From the NCBI RefSeq assembly GCF_036507085.1, contig NZ_DASXQQ010000104.1: a stretch of DNA of 64,000 nucleotides; one strand, 5' to 3'. Positions 18,945 to 28,198 of the stretch are shown here, in pieces. Made by a program: the position numbers and the translations under genes. The stretch comes from Piscinibacter sp. Lineage in GTDB: Bacteria; Pseudomonadota; Gammaproteobacteria; Burkholderiales; Burkholderiaceae_C. Under the pieces are notes generated by a model. It was not told the origin of the DNA, did not search any database, and saw only the letters and a list, made by a program, of their open reading frames with translations. Within the stretch, counting starts at the first letter, position 1; each line of letters starts with the position of its first letter.

Positions 18945-20150
18945 ATGGACACAAGCACGAACCGCCTTCGCCGCCGACTCCTCGCCGCCGCGGGGCTCGC
19001 AAGCCTGACCCGCAGCGCGTTCGCGCAGGCGACGGTCGAGCTGCCGCTGATCAACGGCCGGCGCAACCTGGTGGCCTACCCGGAGAAGCGCCCGCTGATC
19101 GTGCTGACCTCGCGTCCGCCGCAGCTCGAGACGCCGTTCGAGGTCTTCGACGAAGGACTCGTCACACCGAACGACGCCTTCTTCGTGCGCTACCACAACG
19201 CCGGCATCCCGACCTCGGTCGATGGCGACAAGCATGTCGTCAAGATCGGCGGCAACGCGGTCGGCAAGCCCTTCGAGCTGACGATGGCCGAGTTGCGCAC
19301 GCAGTTCAAGCCGGTCGAGCTCGTCGCGGTCAACCAGTGCTCGGGCAACAGCCGCGGCCACTTCACGCCGCGCGTCACCGGCGGGCAACTATCCAACGGC
19401 GCGATGGGCAACGCACGCTGGACCGGCGTGCCGCTGAAAGACGTGCTGGCGCGCGCCGAGCTGAAGAACGGCGCGCGGCAGGTGACCTTCGACGGACTGG
19501 ACACCGCGCAGTTCGGTGGCGGCGATTTCGTCAAGTCCCTCGATATGAATCACGCGATGGACGGCGAGGTGATGCTCGCCTACCAGATGAACGGCGCCAA
19601 CCTGCCGATGCTCAACGGCTACCCGGTGCGCCTGGTCGTGCCCGGCTACTACGGCACCTACTGGGTCAAGCACCTGTCCGACATCCAGGTCATCGACCAG
19701 GTCTACGAAGGCTTCTGGATGAAGCCCGCCTACCGCGTGCCCGACAACGACTGCGCCTGCATCGAGCCCGGCACCACCCCCACGGCCACCCGGCCGATCG
19801 GCCGCTTCAACGTGCGCTCGTTCATCACCTCGCTGAAGGACGGGGCGCGGCTCACCGCGGGCCGGCAGATCCTCGTGCGCGGCATCGCCTTCGATGGCGG
19901 CCAGGGCATTCGCGAGGTGGCGTATTCGACCGATGGCGCGCAGACGTGGCGCGCGGCGCTGCTCGGCGAAGACCTCGGTCGCTATTCGTTCCGACCGTTC
20001 AGCTTCGCCTTCACGCCGCAGAAGGGGACGCACGACCTGCGCGTGCGTGCCTGGAACCGCTCCGGCCAGAGCCAGCCGATGGAGGCGCTGTGGCAACCCG
20101 CGGGCTACATGCGCAACGTGGTCGAGCGCGTCGTGATCACGGCTGTTTGA
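18945..20150 (+). CDS. sorA: Molybdopterin sulfite dehydrogenase subunit A (SorA-like), Tat signal
   Basis: RRRLL Tat motif; TPNDAFFVRYH, Mo-ligand QCSGNSR, NGYPVRLVVPGYYGTYWVK, GYMRNVVE. Confidence 0.85.
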   Translation: MDTSTNRLRRRLLAAAGLASLTRSAFAQATVELPLINGRRNLVAYPEKRPLIVLTSRPPQLETPFEVFDEGLVTPNDAFFVRYHNAGIPTSVDGDKHVVKIGGNAVGKPFELTMAELRTQFKPVELVAVNQCSGNSRGHFTPRVTGGQLSNGAMGNARWTGVPLKDVLARAELKNGARQVTFDGLDTAQFGGGDFVKSLDMNHAMDGEVMLAYQMNGANLPMLNGYPVRLVVPGYYGTYWVKHLSDIQVIDQVYEGFWMKPAYRVPDNDCACIEPGTTPTATRPIGRFNVRSFITSLKDGARLTAGRQILVRGIAFDGGQGIREVAYSTDGAQTWRAALLGEDLGRYSFRPFSFAFTPQKGTHDLRVRAWNRSGQSQPMEALWQPAGYMRNVVERVVITAV

Positions 20151-20161
20151 GGGGCAGGATC

Positions 20162-20488
20162 ATGAACAGCAAGACATTCGTCGCACTGGCTCTCGCGCTC
20201 GCCGCCACGAGCGCTATCCATGCCGCCCCGAAAACCATCGTCCTTCCGCCCGACGGCGTGCAGCTCAAGCCGAGCAGCCTGCCCGGCTATGCGAAGGCGC
20301 AGGCCCAATGCGTGGCCTGCCATTCGGCCGAGTACATGCTGTACCAGCCGCCGAGCGCGCCGCGTCCCTACTGGGATGCGATGGTCAAGCGGATGAAGAC
20401 CGTCTTCAACGCGCCGATCGAGGATGCGGACATGCCGTTGATCGTCGATTACCTCGTGAAGACCTACGGCAACGAGCAGCCGAAGTGA
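20162..20488 (+). CDS. sorB: Cytochrome c subunit (SorB-like)
   Basis: Signal peptide, CVACH haem motif, M ligand region; directly after sorA. Confidence 0.85.
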   Translation: MNSKTFVALALALAATSAIHAAPKTIVLPPDGVQLKPSSLPGYAKAQAQCVACHSAEYMLYQPPSAPRPYWDAMVKRMKTVFNAPIEDADMPLIVDYLVKTYGNEQPK

Positions 20489-20496
20489 GCTCCTGA

Positions 20497-20584
20497 CCCT
20501 CACCCCAACCCTCTCCCGCAAGCGGGAGAGGGGGCATCCCGGCTCCCTCTCCACCGTACTCGGGGGAGAGGGTTGGGGTGAGGG
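20497..20584. repeat. CCCTCACCCCAACCCTCTCCC-type inverted REP pair between convergent genes
   Basis: CCCTCACCCCAACCCTCTCCC...GGGAGAGGGTTGGGGTGAGGG; could also act as a bidirectional terminator. Confidence 0.75.
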
Positions 20585-20591
20585 GGTCGAC

Positions 20592-21767
20592 TTAAACGAC
20601 GTTGACTTCGCGCAGCGGGCGCCCCGCGAGCACGCGCGCCCAGCCGAAGCGCGACAGGTCCAGCGTGCGGTAGCCGCTGCCGGTCACGAGCTCCGACAGC
20701 GCCCGCCCGACGGCGGGCGAGTGCTGCAGGCCGTGGCCGCTGAAGCCGTTGGCGAACAGCAGGTTCTCCACGTCGGGGTGCGCGCCGAGGATCACGTTGT
20801 GGTCCAGCGTGTTCACGTCGTAGTGCCCGGCCCAGGCGTTCAGCACCCGCGCCGCTTCGAACTGCGGCACGCGGGCCGCGAGCGTGGGCCACAGCACCTC
20901 GTCGAACAGGTCGTGCGTCACCTCGAAATCGAAGCACTCCGGGTCCTGGTCAACGGGCGGCGAGATGCCGCAAATGAAGCCTGCACCTTCGGGTCGGAAG
21001 TAGGCGCCGCTCGCGTCGATGACCAACGGGCAGCCGGGCAGCGCGGCAGGACTCGTGAAATAGAAGACGCAGCGCTTGCGCGACTCGACCGGCAGCGCGA
21101 TGCCGGCGCTGCGTGCAAGGGCGCGCGCGCCGGTGCCCGCCGCGTTGATGACGACTGCGCAGGCGATGCGGCTGCCGTCGGCCAGCGTCACGCCGCGCGC
21201 ACGGTGCCCATCGCGTTCGACGGCAACCACCTCGGCCTGCCGGTACGTCACGCCCAAGGCAATCGCCTTGCGCCGGAACGCGCGCATCAGTCCGTAGGCA
21301 TCGAGCCAGCCTTCTCCCGACAAGCCGAGCGAACCGGCACTCAGGTCCCCGACCTCGAGCCAGGGGAAGCGCGCCTTCAATTCGTCGCGGCCGAGCAGCG
21401 CCACGTCGACGCCCAGCTCGCGCTGGATGCGGTGATTGGCTTCGAGCACCGCGCGGCCCGGCGCGGTGGCGAGAAACAGGTAGCCCGCTTCGTGAAACGC
21501 CACGTCGGGCGCGTCGCCGTCGACACCCAGATGCAACCCGATGTCCCGGATGAACTGCGTGCCGTACTGCGACATGCGGACGTTCTCCGGCGTGGAGAAC
21601 TGGTGCCGGATCGACGCCGCCGAGCGCGCCGTCGCGCAGCGCTCGTAGCTGAAGTCCTTCTCGAGCACCAGCACCGAGCCGGTGAAGTCCGGCGCGGCCG
21701 CGAGGAAATACGCGGCGGCGCTGCCGATCGCCGCGCCGCCGACGATGACGACGTCGAATCGTTCCAA
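20592..21767 (-). CDS. FAD-dependent oxidoreductase (DAO/sarcosine oxidase beta/FOXRED1-like)
   Basis: DVVIVGGAAIG, SAASIRHQFS, WAGHYD, NGFSGHGLQHSPAVG; TTG start inferred. Confidence 0.85.
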   Translation of the reverse strand: MERFDVVIVGGAAIGSAAAYFLAAAPDFTGSVLVLEKDFSYERCATARSAASIRHQFSTPENVRMSQYGTQFIRDIGLHLGVDGDAPDVAFHEAGYLFLATAPGRAVLEANHRIQRELGVDVALLGRDELKARFPWLEVGDLSAGSLGLSGEGWLDAYGLMRAFRRKAIALGVTYRQAEVVAVERDGHRARGVTLADGSRIACAVVINAAGTGARALARSAGIALPVESRKRCVFYFTSPAALPGCPLVIDASGAYFRPEGAGFICGISPPVDQDPECFDFEVTHDLFDEVLWPTLAARVPQFEAARVLNAWAGHYDVNTLDHNVILGAHPDVENLLFANGFSGHGLQHSPAVGRALSELVTGSGYRTLDLSRFGWARVLAGRPLREVNVV

Positions 21768-21769
21768 TG

Positions 21770-22189
21770 CTAGGGTGCCGGACTGGCGAGCGGCTTGCCC
21801 TTTTCGACCACATACACGCCGACCAGCTTGACCGGTGCGCTGCTGTCGTTGTGGGCGTCGTGCACGACACCCGCCGGGATGACGAAGGACTCGCCCGCCT
21901 TGACGGTGCGCGGCGGTTGTCCATCGATCAGCAACTGGGCCTCGCCCTCGAGCACGTAGCTGATTTCGTCGCCGGGGTGGGTGTGCCGGCCGGCCTTGCC
22001 GCCGGGCGCGACCTCGACGCGCGCGACCACCGCCTCGCGGCCCGGCACCGACACGTCGGCGCGTCCGACCAGCGTGCGCGTGAGCCCGGAGGCTTGCGCG
22101 TACAACAGCGTCGCGGTGGTTAGCGTCGCGAGGCCAATGGCGGCCGCCATCAGCATCGTCGTCTTCTTCGAACGCAGTCTCGTCACCAT
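21770..22189 (-). CDS. Exported cupin domain protein
   Basis: Signal-like N-terminus; HTHPGDE...G...IPAGVVH cupin motifs. Confidence 0.85.
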   Translation of the reverse strand: MVTRLRSKKTTMLMAAAIGLATLTTATLLYAQASGLTRTLVGRADVSVPGREAVVARVEVAPGGKAGRHTHPGDEISYVLEGEAQLLIDGQPPRTVKAGESFVIPAGVVHDAHNDSSAPVKLVGVYVVEKGKPLASPAP

Positions 22190-22251
22190 GATGTCGATCT
22201 CCTGTTCTGGGCCCAGACGCGCTGAGCATCCTAAGCCATCACAATGGCCGC

Positions 22252-22863
22252 ATGGCGGGTCCGTCGGTTGAGTTCTGGCAACAACGCTTCGCGTCTGGGA
22301 CGACGCCGTGGGAGCGCGGTGAAACGCATCCGCAGTTGCAACGCTGGCTCGCGGATGGCGCGCTGGCGCCGGGCGAGCGGGTGCTGGTGCCCGGCTGCGG
22401 GACGGGCGTCGACGTGGCGGCCTTGTCGGCGCACGACCTGCAGGTCGTCGCCATTGACTACGCGCCGCTCGCGGTCGAGCGCTGTCGGCAGGAGCTGCAG
22501 CGCCAGGGCTTGCAAGCCGAGGTGGTGCTTGCCGATGTCTTGCAGTGGATGCCCGACGCGCCGGTCGATGCCGTCTACGAGCAGACCTGCCTGTGCGCGC
22601 TGCACCCGGACGACTGGCTGCGCTATGCGGATCGGCTGCACGCGTGGCTGCGACCCGGCGGTCGGCTGTTCGCGTTGTGGATGCAGTTCCAGCGGGCGGG
22701 CGCGGCCGAAGGCCGGGTCGAGGGACCGCCGTATCACTGCGACATCAACGCGATGCGGGCGCTGTTTCCGGCCGAGCGATGGCAGTGGCCGGCACCGCCG
22801 TATGCGGCGGTGCCCCACCCGATCGGGGCGACCGAATTGGCGGTGGTGTTGAGGCGGAGCTGA
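22252..22863 (+). CDS. Thiopurine S-methyltransferase family SAM-dependent methyltransferase
   Basis: FWQQRF...TPW, VLVPGCG.G, YEQTCLCAL, GPPY. Confidence 0.85.
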   Translation: MAGPSVEFWQQRFASGTTPWERGETHPQLQRWLADGALAPGERVLVPGCGTGVDVAALSAHDLQVVAIDYAPLAVERCRQELQRQGLQAEVVLADVLQWMPDAPVDAVYEQTCLCALHPDDWLRYADRLHAWLRPGGRLFALWMQFQRAGAAEGRVEGPPYHCDINAMRALFPAERWQWPAPPYAAVPHPIGATELAVVLRRS

Positions 22864-22875
22864 GGGCCCCGAGCA

Positions 22876-22893
22876 TCCTGAGGTATCGAAGGA
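22876..22893. repeat. Partial REP (TCCTGAGGTATCGAAGGA)
   Basis: Matches 3678-3695. Confidence 0.6.
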
Positions 22894-23241
22894 CTACGCC
22901 AGCGCCGCCGTCACCACGATCTCGATCTTCCACTGAGCCCCCGCCAACTTCGCCTGCACCGTCGCGCGCGGCGGCGTGTGACCGGGGATCACCCACGTGT
23001 CCCAGACCGAGTTCATCGCCGCGAAATCGGCCATGTCGGGCAGAAAGATCTGCGCCATCAGGATCTGGCCCTTGTGGGTGCCGGCGCGCTCGAGCAGCGC
23101 GTCGATGGTGGCGAGCACCTGGCGGGTCTGGCCCGCCGCATCCTGCGTTGCATCGTCGGCCACCTGGCCGGCCAGGTACACCGTGCCGTTGTGCACCGTC
23201 ACTTGCGACATCCGCGCGCCGATTTCAAAACGCTGAACCAT
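22894..23241 (-). CDS. RidA/YjgF family protein (Rid2/YoaB-like)
   Basis: VYLAGQV, FAAMNSVWD.W, PPRATV, KIEI. Confidence 0.88.
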   Translation of the reverse strand: MVQRFEIGARMSQVTVHNGTVYLAGQVADDATQDAAGQTRQVLATIDALLERAGTHKGQILMAQIFLPDMADFAAMNSVWDTWVIPGHTPPRATVQAKLAGAQWKIEIVVTAALA

Positions 23242-24302
23242 CACTTCTCTCCTCGTTGATGTGCCGGCGACAGGGCGACCAGGCACAGGATTTCGAACAA
23301 CATCTGCGCCGCGACCTGCGCCGTGTTGCTGGTCGGGTCGTGCTGCGGCGCGACCTCCATCACGTCGCCGCCGATCACGTTCAGGCCCGCCAGGCCGCGC
23401 AGCAATTCAAGCACTTCGCGCGGGCTCAAGCCACCGACTTCGGGGGTGCCGGTGCCGGGCGCGTAGGACGGGTCGAGGCTGTCGACGTCGAAGGTCACAT
23501 AGGTCGGCCCATCGCCCACCACCTCGCGCGCGCGGCGGATCACTTCGGCCACGCCCATCTTGGCGAACTCCTCGGCGTGGATCACCGTCATGCCGGAGTC
23601 GAAGGAGAACTCCCACAGGTACTCGGCGCCACCGCGGATGCCGATCTGGATGCAGCGGCGCGGGTCGAGCACGCCCGCCAGCACCGCCTCGCGAAACGGC
23701 CCGCCATGGTGGAACTTCGAGCCCTCGTAGGTGCCCGCGGTGTCGCAATGCGCATCGATGTGCACCATGCCGACCGGCCGCTCGCGCCCGACGGCCTTGA
23801 GGATCGAGCCGGTGATCGAATGGTCGCCGCCGACCGCGAGCGGCACCACGCCGGCCTTCACCACCTGGGCGAAGCAGGCCTCGATGTCGGCATGGCAATC
23901 GGCCAGGCTGTAGCGGCTGCGCATCGGCACGTCGCCGACGTCGGCGACCTTCAACTGCGTCATCGGCGCGAGGCGCAGCACATGTTCGTAGGGGCCGATG
24001 CGCTCGACCGCGCGCACCGCGCGCGGGCCGAGGCGCGCACCGGCGCGGTTGGTCACGCCCAGGTCCATCGGCACGCCGATCAGCGCGACGTCGAGGCCGG
24101 CGAGGTTCGGTGTCGGCGCGAGCCCGTCGGCGCGGTACGGCGCGTCGAGAAAGGTGGCCACGTCGGCGAACGGCCACTTGCGGCGGTCCGAACTGCTGAA
24201 GATGCGGTCGGCCACGGCCTTGAAGGCCGGGTCGAAGATGTCGCCGCCGCCCGCGTGGGCGTAGCGCTCGCGCAGCCGCGCGAGATGGGGATCGATGTTC
24301 AT
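23241..24302 (-). CDS. Agmatinase-family ureohydrolase
   Basis: GARLGP, GGDHS, HIDAHCD, TFDVDSLDP, PGTGTPEVGG. Confidence 0.88.
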   Translation of the reverse strand: MNIDPHLARLRERYAHAGGGDIFDPAFKAVADRIFSSSDRRKWPFADVATFLDAPYRADGLAPTPNLAGLDVALIGVPMDLGVTNRAGARLGPRAVRAVERIGPYEHVLRLAPMTQLKVADVGDVPMRSRYSLADCHADIEACFAQVVKAGVVPLAVGGDHSITGSILKAVGRERPVGMVHIDAHCDTAGTYEGSKFHHGGPFREAVLAGVLDPRRCIQIGIRGGAEYLWEFSFDSGMTVIHAEEFAKMGVAEVIRRAREVVGDGPTYVTFDVDSLDPSYAPGTGTPEVGGLSPREVLELLRGLAGLNVIGGDVMEVAPQHDPTSNTAQVAAQMLFEILCLVALSPAHQRGEK

Positions 24303-25273
24303 GATCTGTCTCGGGAAGAGGAGCGTGCGTGGTGGTCCACGCACAGGCGGGCGGCGGCCAGGTCTTCGAGCGCCATGCCGACCGATTTGAAGACGGTGAT
24401 GTCGTCGGCGCCGCGGCGCGTGCCGGTGCGGCACAGCGCCGTGATGTCGCCGGCGATGCGAGACGCATCGAACGCGCCGCTCGCGATCGCCTGCACGATG
24501 TCGCCGGCTTCGCGCAGCGCGCCGTCGCGCGTGTCGCACCACACCGCGCTCGCCCGCGCGAACACGCGCTCGTCGGTCTCGCGCATCGTCGGCGTGAAGG
24601 CGCCGACCAGGTCGACGTGGGTGCCCGGGCGCAGCCAGTTGCCGTGCAGCAGCGCCTGGTTGGACAGGGTGGCGCAGCTGACGATGTCGGCTTGCGCCGC
24701 GGCATCGGCGAGCGAGGGCACAGCCTCGGCGCGCAGGCCCTGGGCTTGCAGCGCGTGCGCGGTGGCTTCGGACTTTTCCAGCGAACGGCCCCAGACCAGC
24801 ACGCGGTCGATCGGCCGCGTCGTCGCGTGCGCGAGCGGCAAATAGTGTGCGAGTCGGCCGGTGCCGACCATCAGCAGGCAGCGGCTGTCGGGGCGCGAGA
24901 GATGGCGGCTCGCGAGGGCCGAGGCGGCCGCAGTGCGACGCGCGGTGAGCTCGCCGCCGTCGAGCACCGCGAGCGGCTTGCCGTTGGCCGGGTCCATCAA
25001 GAGATACAGGCCGTGGATCGACGGCAGGCCGAGGCGCTGGTTCTGGGGATAGACGCTGACGAGCTTGGTGCCGACGCCGAGGCTCGCGCTCCACGCCGGC
25101 ATCACCAGCAGCACCGGCGCGTTCGTCTCGGCCTCGGTCAGCGTGTAGTGCAGCCGATCCGGCACCGTCGCATCGCCGGCAACGAAGGCGCGTTGCAAGG
25201 CCTCGATCAATGCCGGCCAGGGCAGCGCCTCGGCGACCGCCTGTGCGTCGAGGAACATCAGTGAATCGCTCAT
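24299..25273 (-). CDS. Ornithine cyclodeaminase/mu-crystallin family protein
   Basis: MPAW, KLVSVYP.N, LTARRTAAAS, GTGRLA, FKSVGMALEDLAAA. Confidence 0.88.
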   Translation of the reverse strand: MSDSLMFLDAQAVAEALPWPALIEALQRAFVAGDATVPDRLHYTLTEAETNAPVLLVMPAWSASLGVGTKLVSVYPQNQRLGLPSIHGLYLLMDPANGKPLAVLDGGELTARRTAAASALASRHLSRPDSRCLLMVGTGRLAHYLPLAHATTRPIDRVLVWGRSLEKSEATAHALQAQGLRAEAVPSLADAAAQADIVSCATLSNQALLHGNWLRPGTHVDLVGAFTPTMRETDERVFARASAVWCDTRDGALREAGDIVQAIASGAFDASRIAGDITALCRTGTRRGADDITVFKSVGMALEDLAAARLCVDHHARSSSRDRS

Positions 25274-25282
25274 GGCCGAGCC

Positions 25283-26350
25283 TCAGGCATGGGCCGCCGG
25301 GAACACCGAGCAGCGCTGCGCATCGAAGTGCACAGCGATCTTTTGCCCGACCCGCGCTTCGCGCAAGGGCGCGTCGGCACTGCGGCAGCGCAGGCGCTCG
25401 TCACCGCAACGCACGATCAATTCCGCGAGCGGCCCGAGGTCGCGCACGAACTCGATGTCGCCGACCACGTGCGGCGCCGACGCCGAGCCCACCGCCTGCA
25501 GCCGCACGTCTTCGGCGCGCACCGCCAGCGTCACCGCACTGCCGGCCGCGAGCCGGCTCGACGCGCCGACATGCGCACCGAGCACATTGACCGCACCGTC
25601 GGCCTGCACCACGCCGGGCAGCAGGTTCGCCGCGCCGAGGAACTCGGCAACGAAGGCATTCGCCGGCCGGCGGTACACCTCGGTCGGCGTGTCGCACTGC
25701 TGCAAGCGGCCCTGCTTCATCACCACCAGCCGGTCGGCGAGCATCATCGCCTCGGTCTGGTCGTGGGTGACGACCACGGTCGTCACGCCGAAGCGCTGCT
25801 GCAGCTGGCGCAACTCGATCTGCATGCTGTCGCGCAGCTGCGCGTCGAGGGCCGACAGCGGCTCGTCGAGCAGGAAGAGCTGCGGCGGCACCGCCAGTGC
25901 GCGCGCGATCGCAACGCGCTGGCGTTGCCCGCCGGAGAGCGCGGCGACCGGCCGATCCGCGATGGCGGGCAGTTGCACGACTTCGAGCAGTTCTTCGACG
26001 CGACGCCGCCGTTGCGCCGCGCCAGCGCCGCGCAGCTTCATGCCGTAGCCGATGTTCTCGGCCACCGTCATGTGCGGGAACAGCGCGAGCGACTGGAACA
26101 CCATGCCGAAGCCGCGCTGGTGCGGCGCGAGCTCGGTGATGTCCTTGCCTTCGAGCAGCAGCTGGCCGCGGTCGGCCTTTTCGAAGCCGGCGATGATGCG
26201 CAGCAGCGTGGTCTTGCCGCAGCCCGAGGGGCCGAGCAGGCAGACGAACTCACCGCGCGCGATGGTGAGATCGACGTCGGCGAGTGCGTCGACGGCGCCG
26301 AAGCGCTTGGTCAGGCTGCGGATTTCGAGGTGGGAGGTGGGTGCAGACAT
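25283..26350 (-). CDS. ABC transporter ATP-binding protein (PotA-like)
   Basis: GPSGCGKT, LSGGQRQR, LLDEPLSALD, VTHDQTEA, TOBE-like C-terminus. Confidence 0.9.
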   Translation of the reverse strand: MSAPTSHLEIRSLTKRFGAVDALADVDLTIARGEFVCLLGPSGCGKTTLLRIIAGFEKADRGQLLLEGKDITELAPHQRGFGMVFQSLALFPHMTVAENIGYGMKLRGAGAAQRRRRVEELLEVVQLPAIADRPVAALSGGQRQRVAIARALAVPPQLFLLDEPLSALDAQLRDSMQIELRQLQQRFGVTTVVVTHDQTEAMMLADRLVVMKQGRLQQCDTPTEVYRRPANAFVAEFLGAANLLPGVVQADGAVNVLGAHVGASSRLAAGSAVTLAVRAEDVRLQAVGSASAPHVVGDIEFVRDLGPLAELIVRCGDERLRCRSADAPLREARVGQKIAVHFDAQRCSVFPAAHA

Positions 26351-26375
26351 GCTGTGTCCTGGTTAGCGGCCCGGT

Positions 26376-27230
26376 TCAAAACAAGCGACCCTTGCCGGCG
26401 ACGAGCTTGTCCACCCAGGCGATGAGCGCCACGTCGAGCCCGATGATCAAGGTCGAGATCGCGAGCGTCGTCGGGTCGAGCGACGACACGGTGCGGCTGT
26501 ACATCCAGATCGGCAGCGTGCGCACGTCGATCGTGTACATGAAGAAGCTGACCGTGAACTCGTTGAACGAGATGATGAACGCGAAGATCAGCCCGGCCAG
26601 GATGCCCGGCTTCATCAGCGGCACCACCACGTCGACCGCCGCGCGCAGCGGCGATGCGCCGAGCGACATCGCGGCCTCTTCGAGGTCGCGGCCGACGCCG
26701 TGCATCGCGCTCAGGCAGTTGCGCAGCACGAAGGGCAGCGCCAGCGCGATGTGCGGGATCGCGAGCCGCCACAGCCCGAGCTCCACCCCCGTGCGCTGCG
26801 CCAGTGTCTCGGCCAGCAGCAAGTACGCCACGCCCAGCACCACCAGCGGAAACACCAGCGGCAGCGTGAACAGCAGCTGCACCCCGTGGCGCCAGCGCCC
26901 GATGCTGCGCACCAGCGCGTAGGCGAGCGGCACGCAGGCGAGCACGCTCGCGATCATGGTGACGGCGCCGACCGTGAAGCTGGTCGTCATCGCCTCGAAG
27001 GCCGACACCGTGCTGTCGCTGCCCTCGCCGCGCAGCACGTCGAACGCGCTGCTGTACCAGCGCAGCGACAGCGAGCGCGGCGGAAACTCGAGCCCCGTGT
27101 CGCCCGAGAACGACATGATCACGATCACGAGGACCGGCAGCGCGGCGACCAGCAGGCCGACGCCGGCCATCGCCAGCATCGCGACACGGAACGACCCGGC
27201 GTTCGTGCGGGACCACAGGGCGGCAGACAT
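26376..27230 (-). CDS. ABC transporter permease (PotC-like)
   Basis: SLRWY, LEEAAMSLGA, FIISFNEF, TLPIWM. Confidence 0.88.
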   Translation of the reverse strand: MSAALWSRTNAGSFRVAMLAMAGVGLLVAALPVLVIVIMSFSGDTGLEFPPRSLSLRWYSSAFDVLRGEGSDSTVSAFEAMTTSFTVGAVTMIASVLACVPLAYALVRSIGRWRHGVQLLFTLPLVFPLVVLGVAYLLLAETLAQRTGVELGLWRLAIPHIALALPFVLRNCLSAMHGVGRDLEEAAMSLGASPLRAAVDVVVPLMKPGILAGLIFAFIISFNEFTVSFFMYTIDVRTLPIWMYSRTVSSLDPTTLAISTLIIGLDVALIAWVDKLVAGKGRLF

Positions 27231-28189
27231 CAGCGGGCCTCCTTCAGTTGCACGGCGCGGGTGGCGAGCCATGTCGCCAGCATCATCGTGACGAGCGTGA
27301 TCAGGATCAGCGCCACACCCGCGGCGGCCGCGCCGCCCCAGTCGAACATCGGCGAGATCATGTCGCGGATGGCCACGCCCATCATCTGCACCTTGCGCCC
27401 GCCGAGCAGCAGCGGCACCGCGAAGGCGCTGGCGTTGTAGGCGAAGACGATCGACGCGGCGCTGATCAGCCCGGGCTTGAGCAGCGGCAGCGTCACGTCG
27501 AAGAACGAGCGCCACGGCGTCGCCCCCATGCTGCCCGCGGCCTCCAGGTATTCCTGCGAGATCACGCGCATCGCGCCCAGCACCGGAAACACCGCCAGCG
27601 GCAACGCCGTCTGCACCAGGCCGACGAGCACGCCGACCTCATTGAACAGCAGCGACAGCGGGTGGTCGATGACGCCAGCCTGCATCAGCACCGTGTTGGC
27701 CACGCCGGTGGGCCCGAGCACCATCATCCAGCCGTAGGACTGGATCAGCAGGTTCAGGATCATCGGCAGCAGCACCAGGCTCGTGATGACGCGCCGCCAC
27801 ACCGGCTGCGCAAGCGCCGCCATCAGCATCGCGATCGGCACCGCGAGCGCCATGCAGATCAGCGTGCTCACGGTCGCGAGCTTGAGCGTCAGCAGCACCG
27901 AGCGCAGGAAGAAGGGCTCGAACAGCGCCCCGTAGTGCGCCAGCGACCAGCCGCTGATCGCCTGGCTTTCGGCCGACACCGAATAGCGCAGGATGAACAG
28001 CACCGCCGCCAGGAACGGCAGCAGCAGCACCAGCGCCGGCAGCACCAGCAGCACGGTGGCTCGCTTGCGGGGTGATGCGCTCGATGGTGCGCTCGGTGCT
28101 GCGCTGGGCATGGCGACGGTCAGCGCCGGGCGGCGCGCGTCAGCCCGGCGGGTGACGAGCGCGGCCCCGCGGGTGGTGGCGGTTTGCAC
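27230..28189 (-). CDS. ABC transporter permease (PotB-like)
   Basis: SYGW, LEAAGSMGA, LLGG, DWGGAAA; start uncertain (28189 or later). Confidence 0.85.
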   Translation of the reverse strand: MQTATTRGAALVTRRADARRPALTVAMPSAAPSAPSSASPRKRATVLLVLPALVLLLPFLAAVLFILRYSVSAESQAISGWSLAHYGALFEPFFLRSVLLTLKLATVSTLICMALAVPIAMLMAALAQPVWRRVITSLVLLPMILNLLIQSYGWMMVLGPTGVANTVLMQAGVIDHPLSLLFNEVGVLVGLVQTALPLAVFPVLGAMRVISQEYLEAAGSMGATPWRSFFDVTLPLLKPGLISAASIVFAYNASAFAVPLLLGGRKVQMMGVAIRDMISPMFDWGGAAAAGVALILITLVTMMLATWLATRAVQLKEAR

Positions 28190-28198
28190 AGCCTACCC

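Noticed and set aside
18785-20488. 567-aa ORF overlapping sorA
   Set aside because: Only the last 108 aa (cytochrome c from ATG 20162) look like real protein
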